A stretch of DNA of 64,000 bases. Origin: Minisyncoccota bacterium (GTDB taxonomy: Bacteria; Patescibacteriota; Minisyncoccia; Phycocordibacterales; UBA2100). This document shows positions 18,335-26,900 of the stretch, one piece after another (the stretch's first letter is position 1; every line of letters begins with the position of its first letter). The stretch covers positions 24,192-88,191 of the forward strand of contig DATDWX010000027.1 of NCBI GenBank assembly GCA_036517335.1, in the 5' to 3' direction. The notes below the pieces were generated by a model, which worked only from the letters and a program-made list of their open reading frames with translations, did no database searches and had not been told where the DNA came from. The position numbers were made by a program, and so were the translations under genes.

Positions 18335-19768
18335 ATGATCAAGGATATTGTCGAGACGACAGATTCGCAGCGGGAGGCCGATGTGTGCATTGTAGGAGCG
18401 GGAGCTGCAGGCATCCTCCTTGCGCTCGAATTGATGGAGGCGAGCCGCTCCGTCATCCTCCTTGAAGGGGGCGGTCTCACGCAAGATCTGCACGCCCAGG
18501 CGCTATACGACCTCGAATCACCGCTTCTTCCCGTGGGTAAGGATTCACGCGTGCGCGTATTTGGCGGCACCACAAGCGTATGGACAGGCGGATGGAAGCT
18601 GCTTGAGCGAGACGACCTCACGGTGCGCGATTGGATGCCGCTCTCCGGGTGGCCCGTGTCGTACGCCGAAATGGAGTTGCTTTACGACCGCGCGGCGAGG
18701 CGCGTGTGCGGACCCTCCACCGTCGACATTGCCGCCGTTACCCATGCGCAAGCCGCAGTGGATTTTTCGAAGCGCATTACCGAGAGCGGCGCGCTCGAGA
18801 CGACCGTGCTGTGGGAGCTGCCGGAGCGAGCGCGAGATTTCGGCAAGGTATTTCGGGCTGCGCTCGAAGCATCGCCTGCCGTACGGATCTTTCTCAACGC
18901 CAATGTGACGCGCATAGAGCGAGATGTCTCTCGTGTACGCTCCCTGCATATCAAGACATTGGAGGGCAGGGATTTCAATGTCAAAGCTTCCAAGTATGTG
19001 ATCGCCTGCGGTGGGATCGAGAACGCCCGTCTTCTCCTTGCTTCCGGCATTGGAAATGAACATGATCAGGTGGGGCGTTACTACATGGATCATCCGAAGG
19101 GCACGGTGGGCGCTATTGCCGCCGACGACTACTCTCTCTACAGCCACGTCATCACGCAGCAGCGGCGCGAGGCGGGCACGCTTATCACCGGCTTTCAGCT
19201 CTCCCCCGCTTTTCGCAGTGCGCGTAAGCTTCCTAATTGCTACGTGCAGATGCGTCCCATCTACGGGAAGCAATCCTTACCGAGTCGTGCAATGCACAAA
19301 TTCTTCGGCGTGCCGTACCCTGTCCGCGGCGTGCGTTTGCGTACCTTTATGGAGCAGGTGCCCTCGCCGCGCAGCAGGGTGGTACTCGGGGATGCGAGGG
19401 ATGCATTTGGTAATCCGCTTGCGAGAGTGGAGTGGTCGCTTTCGGAGCTCGACAAAGAAGGCGCGCGTGCGCTGCACCTTGTGGTGCAAGGCGAACTTGC
19501 GCGCGCGGGGCTCGGCACCCTCACCTCTGAAATCGTGGACCACCCCGAGCCGTGGCCCATTACCAAGGACGCATCGCACCATATGGGCACGACGCGCATG
19601 GGCGCTGATCCGCACACGTCGGTAGTCGACCCCGACTGCCGTGTACACGGAGTGAACAACCTCTTCATCGCCGGAAGCTCGGTATTTCCGACAGGAGGAA
19701 ATGCGAATCCCACGGCCACTATTCTTGCGCTCGCCGTGCGCTTGGCCGATCACATTAAAACAATATGA
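18335..19768 (+). CDS. GMC family FAD oxidoreductase
   Basis: IVGAGAAG, FGGTTSVW, ACGGIENARLLL, HHMGTTRM, GSSVFPTGGNANPT. Confidence 0.9.
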   Translation: MIKDIVETTDSQREADVCIVGAGAAGILLALELMEASRSVILLEGGGLTQDLHAQALYDLESPLLPVGKDSRVRVFGGTTSVWTGGWKLLERDDLTVRDWMPLSGWPVSYAEMELLYDRAARRVCGPSTVDIAAVTHAQAAVDFSKRITESGALETTVLWELPERARDFGKVFRAALEASPAVRIFLNANVTRIERDVSRVRSLHIKTLEGRDFNVKASKYVIACGGIENARLLLASGIGNEHDQVGRYYMDHPKGTVGAIAADDYSLYSHVITQQRREAGTLITGFQLSPAFRSARKLPNCYVQMRPIYGKQSLPSRAMHKFFGVPYPVRGVRLRTFMEQVPSPRSRVVLGDARDAFGNPLARVEWSLSELDKEGARALHLVVQGELARAGLGTLTSEIVDHPEPWPITKDASHHMGTTRMGADPHTSVVDPDCRVHGVNNLFIAGSSVFPTGGNANPTATILALAVRLADHIKTI

Positions 19769-20874
19769 TGGAAAAACTACGCCGATCTCGCGTGCTCGTT
19801 TTTACCGCAGGCGATCACATCACCGCGAGCTCAAAATATCGAGCATTTCTTCTTGGCTCATACCTCACCGAAACGCGTCCGGATATAGAGTGGAAGCTAG
19901 TCGAGCCCTCCACGAAGATCCTGTCGTCGCTGGGCTATCTCACGCAAATGTGCGCTGTATTCTCTCAAGCGCGGCGGCTGTTTTGGCGACCGGAGCACGA
20001 TGTCGTCTTTATACAACGCGCCATCTACAACAAATTCGTTTTCGCCTTGCTTATCTTGCAAAATATTCTCCGCATCCGCCCAAGTATTTTTGATTTTGAT
20101 GATGCCATATTCCGACATTCGGGCTTCAAGACGCGCCTCTTGTGTAAGACGTCCAGTGCCGTGATCGTGGGGAGCCACTTTCTGCAGGAATATGCGCAGC
20201 GCTACAGCAAGCGTGTCATCCTCGTCCCAACGTGCATCAGATTTTCCGACTACGCGTCAATACCCAAGATGGGAGATAGATCTACATTCACAATCGGTTG
20301 GATCGGGAATGGGCCAGCGTCGCTGCCCGAGCTGCGCTTCATGGCCGAGGCGCTGAAGGAGCTGAATACTCGCACCCAGGCGTTCCGCCTTCTCCTCATT
20401 GGTCATCAGGGGCATCCGGAGATCCCGGGACTCTTCGAGTTTCTTCCTGCCGAGCGCAAAGAGCTCATAGATTATGTGAATGCAAAGACAGACGCTGATC
20501 TGATTCCGTATCTCGCGAAGATGGATATTGGTCTCATGCCACTCGAAGAAAGCGAGTGGAACAGGGGCAAGTGCGCATTCAAGGCTATTCAATATATGGC
20601 TACTGGCGCGGCGGTTGTGGCGAGCCCAGTGGGTGAGAATCCTGTTCTCATCACGCATCGCGTTACGGGAATGCTTGCCCCGTTAGAGGCTTCGCCTCTA
20701 ACGGGGCTTGCCGCGACCAAAGAGGAGTGGGCGTCGTGCATACAAGAGCTCATGCAAGATCCCGCGCTCCGGCAGCGCATCACTGTAGCCGCCCGCGACC
20801 ACGTCCGGGCGCACTATTCTTTCGAATCCCAGATCCCGAAACTGACCGAAGTCATCGACTCGCTTATCCATTGA
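19765..20874 (+). CDS. Glycosyltransferase family 4 carrying an in-frame MITE
   Basis: FDFDDA, IGWIG, DIGLMPL, KCAFKAIQYMATG, ASPVG. Confidence 0.87.
   Translation: MMEKLRRSRVLVFTAGDHITASSKYRAFLLGSYLTETRPDIEWKLVEPSTKILSSLGYLTQMCAVFSQARRLFWRPEHDVVFIQRAIYNKFVFALLILQNILRIRPSIFDFDDAIFRHSGFKTRLLCKTSSAVIVGSHFLQEYAQRYSKRVILVPTCIRFSDYASIPKMGDRSTFTIGWIGNGPASLPELRFMAEALKELNTRTQAFRLLLIGHQGHPEIPGLFEFLPAERKELIDYVNAKTDADLIPYLAKMDIGLMPLEESEWNRGKCAFKAIQYMATGAAVVASPVGENPVLITHRVTGMLAPLEASPLTGLAATKEEWASCIQELMQDPALRQRITVAARDHVRAHYSFESQIPKLTEVIDSLIH
20679..20705. mobile_element. MITE-like element copy 2 (27 bp minimal hairpin, in frame inside the GT4 gene)
   Basis: CCCGTTAGAGGC-TTC-GCCTCTAACGGG flanked by GCTTGC at 20673-20678 and 20706-20711. 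27+6=33 nt. Confidence 0.85.
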
Positions 20875-20943
20875 ACGACTAGCCTGTTGATAACCACAGA
20901 GTGCCACCAGCGATAGTGCTATCGTGCAGCTATAAGCCAGTTC

Positions 20944-23900
20944 ATGAATAGAGTCCCTAAGCGGGCTTTCGTTGTCGTCCTTGCTACGGCTGTTATTGTT
21001 GGTAATGCGGTGTCGGCGTATGCGGTGGTTATTCCTCCCACTGCACCCGGCCAATCCGTTTTCACCATCGGCAATCAAACGCCAAGAGTTGACGGCTCCA
21101 CGGGCGCACTTACAAGGCACATTTCTCTCGATATTCCGCCGGGGCGAAGCGGATTGCAACCTGATATTTCGCTCGATTACAACAGTCAGAACACCGAGCA
21201 AGAAAGCCTGGTCGGGTATGGTTGGACGCTATCGATCCCGTATATCCAAAGGCTCAACAAGACCGGTTCGCAGAACATGTATGGTCCAAATGCGTACTTC
21301 ACGTCCTCCTTCGACGGTGAGCTCGCAATTTCAGATACAGGGACTTCCACCTCTATGACCGTTTTGGTGGTGGCCGGTGGCGGAGGCGGCGGTAGTGATG
21401 GCGGAGGTGGAGGTGGGGGTGGAGTCAAAACAGTCACTATTCCTATTACAACGCCCCAAGCATATTCAGTCACTGTCGGAAGTGGGGGCACTGCCGGATC
21501 TGCCGGTGCCGGAACGCACGGTGGTCAGGGCGGGGATTCAGTTTTCGACAGTACCACTGCGCACGGGGGCGGATATGGCGCTGCACCAAATGGCGACACA
21601 AACCATCCGGCTGCTGGTGGGAGTGGCGGGGGTGCGGGGTATGGCAACAGCACCTCCGTCCCTACAGCAGGTGGTGCGGGTACTGCTGGCGAGGGAAATA
21701 ATGGCGGTGGCGGTTTGAATGGAGTGTCATCGTATGGTGCCAGCGGAGGCGGTGGTGGGGCAGGTGCTGCGGGCGCTGATTCTCCAGGGGGTGACACAGG
21801 GGCAGGTGCGGGAGGCACCGGTACTTCATCATCAATAAATGGCACTGCGACGTATTATGGAGGTGGAGGGGGAGGCGGTGGATTGCAAGGTGCCTACGGT
21901 GGAAATGGAGGCAACGGCGGCGGAGGCGGTGGCGCAAGTGGAAGTGGCACGCAGGGCACCGGCGGTAGCAACGGGGGCGCAAATGGCACGAACAGTTCAA
22001 ATGGTACCGGTGGAGCCGGCGGTACAAACTCCGGCGGAGGCGGAGGCGGAGGAGGTTTTCAATCAGACTACGGACCGGGCGGCGCGGGTGGTTCGGGCAT
22101 CGTCATTATCTCGGCTCCTGTCGGAGCGATCACATCCGCAACGGGCGGAACTCATACGACCGCGGGAGACAATGATGTATGGACGTTCACCGCTAGTGGC
22201 ACATTTACCATTGTCAGTGTTGCCGACGGCGCTTCAGATTCGCCAGCTTCATCAACCTATCGCGCCCGGGTAGACGACGGATCATTTCGCTCATACTCAT
22301 ATGCCACCTCGAGCAATTCATGGACGATGTACGATAAGAAGGGGACTCGATACCTTTTTGGTGCGAGCAGTCAGGGTCAGCAGAGCGCCACCACAAGTCC
22401 GAGCAGTGTATATAAATGGATGCTCGAAGAAGTACGCGACACCAACGACAATTATATTTCCTATACATACTTGAAAGATGAGAATCAGATATATCCGTAC
22501 CAAATCAAGTACACGGGCAATGGCGTTTCCGACGGTCCGAGTACTATTACAATTGCCACATCCACCAGAAGCGACCAGGCGGTAAGCTATAAATCCGGAT
22601 TCAAGGTCTTGACCGCGTATCGCATCTCCCAAATTACCGCGACTTTCAATAGTACAAACGTGCGCCAGTGGGCACTTGGATACGGTACCGGCAACAATGG
22701 CTCGCGCTCACTTCTCACAAGCATTCAAGAAACCGGCTGGAATGACGCAGGCACTCAAACCACGCTCCCTGCCGCGACCTTCGAGTATGTCAGCACCACC
22801 ACGCCGTTCTACGGGCCCAATCTTGGTACCAATGTTGTAGGTTCTGCGTACGTCGTTGCTGATTCCGAGGGGGACGGCATAAATGGCATCAGCATATTGT
22901 ATCTGGACGGGGGGAGTAATAAAGGAAAGATCATAAGTCCTGACGGCAACACCACAACAAATTTGACATCCCCAGCGCCACCTGAAGAGTGGTCGAATAG
23001 TGGGGGAGGGGCCCCGCTACCCACCTATTTGGCTGATGAGCGCGGCGTGCGCTATCTCGACGTTAACGCTGACGGGAAGCCAGACGTGGTGCGCGGCATC
23101 AAAGATGATTATGCGGCCACGACCACCAAGCAAATATATGAAAATACGTATGCCGCAACATCAACCTACGGCTGGACCAATGGGATCTCATGGAGTGGAA
23201 CCATTCCGGAATTCGCATACAAAAGCGATTCCACGCATAGTTGGACGACGGGTATTTTCGGGGATATCAATGGCGATGGCTTGCCCGATTATGAAGAGTC
23301 GCTCAACAACACCGGCGGCGCCATTACCAACGGCGCATATTTGGGCAATGGTACTGCATGGGATGCTGCTACCACCACCATATTCGCAGCCATGAATGTC
23401 ATGCCGGATTCTGTAAGCGGCCCGACAGTCTACAATCCACAACTGATCGATATCAACGGCGACAGTCTCGCCGATTGGGTGTCTTCGGACAGTTCTAATA
23501 CCTACGTACAGCTCAACACCGGGACGGGCTGGGTATACGACACCCGCTGGATCATCGCCACTTCCACGCTCTATCATTCCACTTCACCAGGCAACACCTA
23601 CTACGACCGTGGCATTCGGTTTATGGATATGAACGGCGATGGGCTGCCCGATTTTGTGCGTGCTTATGCCAACGCCCCCTTTACCGGTAGTGTCACCGAG
23701 CCAGAAATTGAGGTGGCAACGATAAGCTTGGTGCTTCTCAATACCGGGTCCGGATGGGCTACCAGTACTGCATACACTCTCGCCCCGATCGCATCCCCGT
23801 ATCATGATTCCGGCACGTCGTGGACAAGCGGGGTGATCGTCTACAACGAATATGCAAATTGGATAGGCAATGGCCAGATGCAACAAGACGTGCTTGCGAC

Positions 23901-26900
23901 CACGACCTCATCCAAGGGGGGTAGTACGACGGTTTCCTACGGATTGACGACGCAAACGAGCGCGAATACACAGCTGCCCTATGCACTGCTGACGGTCAAT
24001 TCAATTACAGATCACGATGGTCGCGGGAGCAATGAACGAACCGATTACGCATATTCGGGTGGGTTGCAATACCTTCCTTCCAATGTGTACGACCGCAAAT
24101 TTGCAGGCTTTGCAAGCACCACCGAAACGCGCCCCGACAAAACGACTGTCCGGTATTACCATCAAGGCACTCTTATGCAAACCGCGCTCGGCGAGCAGAG
24201 CAACGGATACGCCCACATCAATCATCCGTTCCGCGAAGATGTGTTTACTCCCAGCGGTACATCGGTACAAAAGACCTTCTATCGGTGGGACCCGTATACC
24301 AATGCGAGCAGCACACTCATTCTTCTCGGTAGGAAGTTGGAGCAAAACTATGCGAGCAATGGCACGCACCGCGATAAGGATACGGATTATGCATACGCGA
24401 CCAGTACGGGAGATATAATACGCATCAACGATTTCGGCGAAGTGAGCGGCAATTCCAACGGCACATTCAGCGACATTTCAGGCGATTCCCGCACTACGCG
24501 CTTTACCTATGCCGCGAGCAGCTCGGTATTCATGAGTGTCCCTATCCAAAAGACATTGCTCGACAACAGTTCCGCTACGAGTACTGATACGAAACTCTAT
24601 TACGACTCGCTTGCATTTGGGTCGGTGGGGCGTGGGAATCAGACAATGCAGAAAGATTGGATCTCGGGTGATACCTACGCTTCTACCACAAGAGCCTACA
24701 ACACATACGGCCTCGCGAGCAGCTCGACGGATAGGGGTGGCAACCTCACTTCCTACGTGTACGACAGCTTCAACCTATATCCCGCCACGAGCACCAATGC
24801 GTCTTCGCAATCCACACGCTTCACCTACAATTATTCAAACGGCAAGACAGCCACGACGACAGATCCAAATACCGCAATAGCCAAAAATATGTACGATGGC
24901 GTCGGACGACTAACAGAAATGTATCAATCCGACACCTCTAATCCGAGCACACTCGTTACCAAGGCCACCTACACGTTCACCGACAGCACGTCCACACCCT
25001 CTTTGATACGAGTTACGCAATACCTCAACTCCGCGACGACGACCGATACCTACACCTTTTATGACGGTCTGAACCGCCCCATTCAGGAGCGCAAATCCAC
25101 AGAGACCGCCGGCACCTACGCGACCACTGATCGCATCTACCACAGGGTGGGCAACCTGGCCTCGACAACGCTTCCGTATTTCTCATCGGGCACCTCGCTT
25201 ACGACAGCCACGAGTACCACCGCCCTCTATACCGAATTTCTCTACGATCCACTCGGTCGTCCCACGAAGGTCTCCAACTCTGTGGGCAGCACCACGAATA
25301 CATACGGGAAGTGGACGACCACTACGGTTGATCCAAACGGCAGTATCAAAGAGTATCTACTTGATGCGTACGGCAATCTCTCGCAGGTCGTGGAGCACGC
25401 TACCTCCACTGCGACCACGACGTATACATACGACGCTGCGGGCAACCTAGCATTGATCACCGATGCAGCATCGAGCACACGCGCTTTCACCTACGATGGA
25501 TTGGGGAGACGCACGGGCGCGCAGGATCTCCACGCGAGCGGCGATGCAACCTTCGGATCATGGTCGTACAGCTACGACGATGTAGGCAACCTTACGTCGC
25601 AGACCGATCCCAAGGCCCAGGTCATCACGCACACATTCGACGCGCTCAATCGCATGGTAACGGAAGCTTTGAGCGGCTCCGGAGTGCAGATCACCAACAC
25701 CTATGATTCATGTACCTACGGCGTCGGGCGACTCTGCAGCGCATCGAGTACTGCTGCACTCAATGCCTATGAATACGATGTGCTCGGCCGCACCAGCATT
25801 GCCACCAGTACCGTCAACGGTACTGGATATGCGACGGTGTATGGATATGATCGCCAGGGCAACCAAACATCCATTACATACCCGGACAAACGAGAAGTGA
25901 GCTACGTCTACAACGCCGCGGGTCTGATGAACTCGGTCAGTACCAAGCCGGTGGGCGGCGCATACTCGTCCGTTCTATCTGCCACGACGTACGCACCGGA
26001 TGGTAAACCTCTTACGAAACTCTTCGGCAACGGCGTCGAAACCACCTATACCTACGATCCCCTTCTGCAGTATCGTCTAACCCGGATGTTGACGGGCACC
26101 AATGCGGGCACGTCCACGGAAATCGTGCCGCTGGTGAGCGACCCGGTGGCGTACTGGAATCTGGATGAATCAAACGGGGTTGCCTACGATGCCATTGCCT
26201 CCAACGACCTCACCAACAACAATAGTGTTTCCTACGCGACCGGTACGATAAGCAATGCCGCTACCTTCGTAGCTGCCAATTCGCAATCGCTCCAGAAACT
26301 CACCGCTTCTGGCTTACCCACAGGTAGTGAGTCCATCGCCGCGTGGGTGAAATTCACGTCGCTTCCTGTAAGTACATGGTATGGCATCGTGGAGCAGGGC
26401 AACGCCGCGACGTCTTCAAAATTTGGCCTCACGATCACCGATGATCCGGTAGGGGCAGACAACCTCTACTCGTTGGCCATTGATCACTTCGGCGGCACCA
26501 ATGTGTATAGCGATGCCTGGTCTGGCGTGGCGACCGGCACATGGTATCACGTGGCCGCTACCTATGATGGGACCAATTTTCGCTGGTATGTAAACGGATC
26601 GCAGCTCGGCGCGGCAAAGGGCGCAGGCACGCAGACGACCAGCGGCGCGCAGATCGTGGTGGGAGCCATGATAGACAGCTCCTTGGAAAACTTCCTCAAC
26701 GGTTCCGTGGATGAGGTCGGGGTGTGGGACAACGTCTTGACGCAAAGCGAACTCACGGCGCTCTACAACGCGGGCGCGGGAGAGGCATATCCCTTCGGCA
26801 CTACCACGGTCAGCACGTATGGCTACGCCAACCTCATTCAGGATTTGAATTACACGTATGATGCGGTGGGCAACATTACGAATGTCACGAATAATTCCAC

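Noticed and set aside
21370-22100. GGN-rich tracts as possible CRISPR or tandem DNA repeats
   Set aside because: These are polyglycine codons with varied third positions. No repeat-spacer periodicity and no cas genes in the window.
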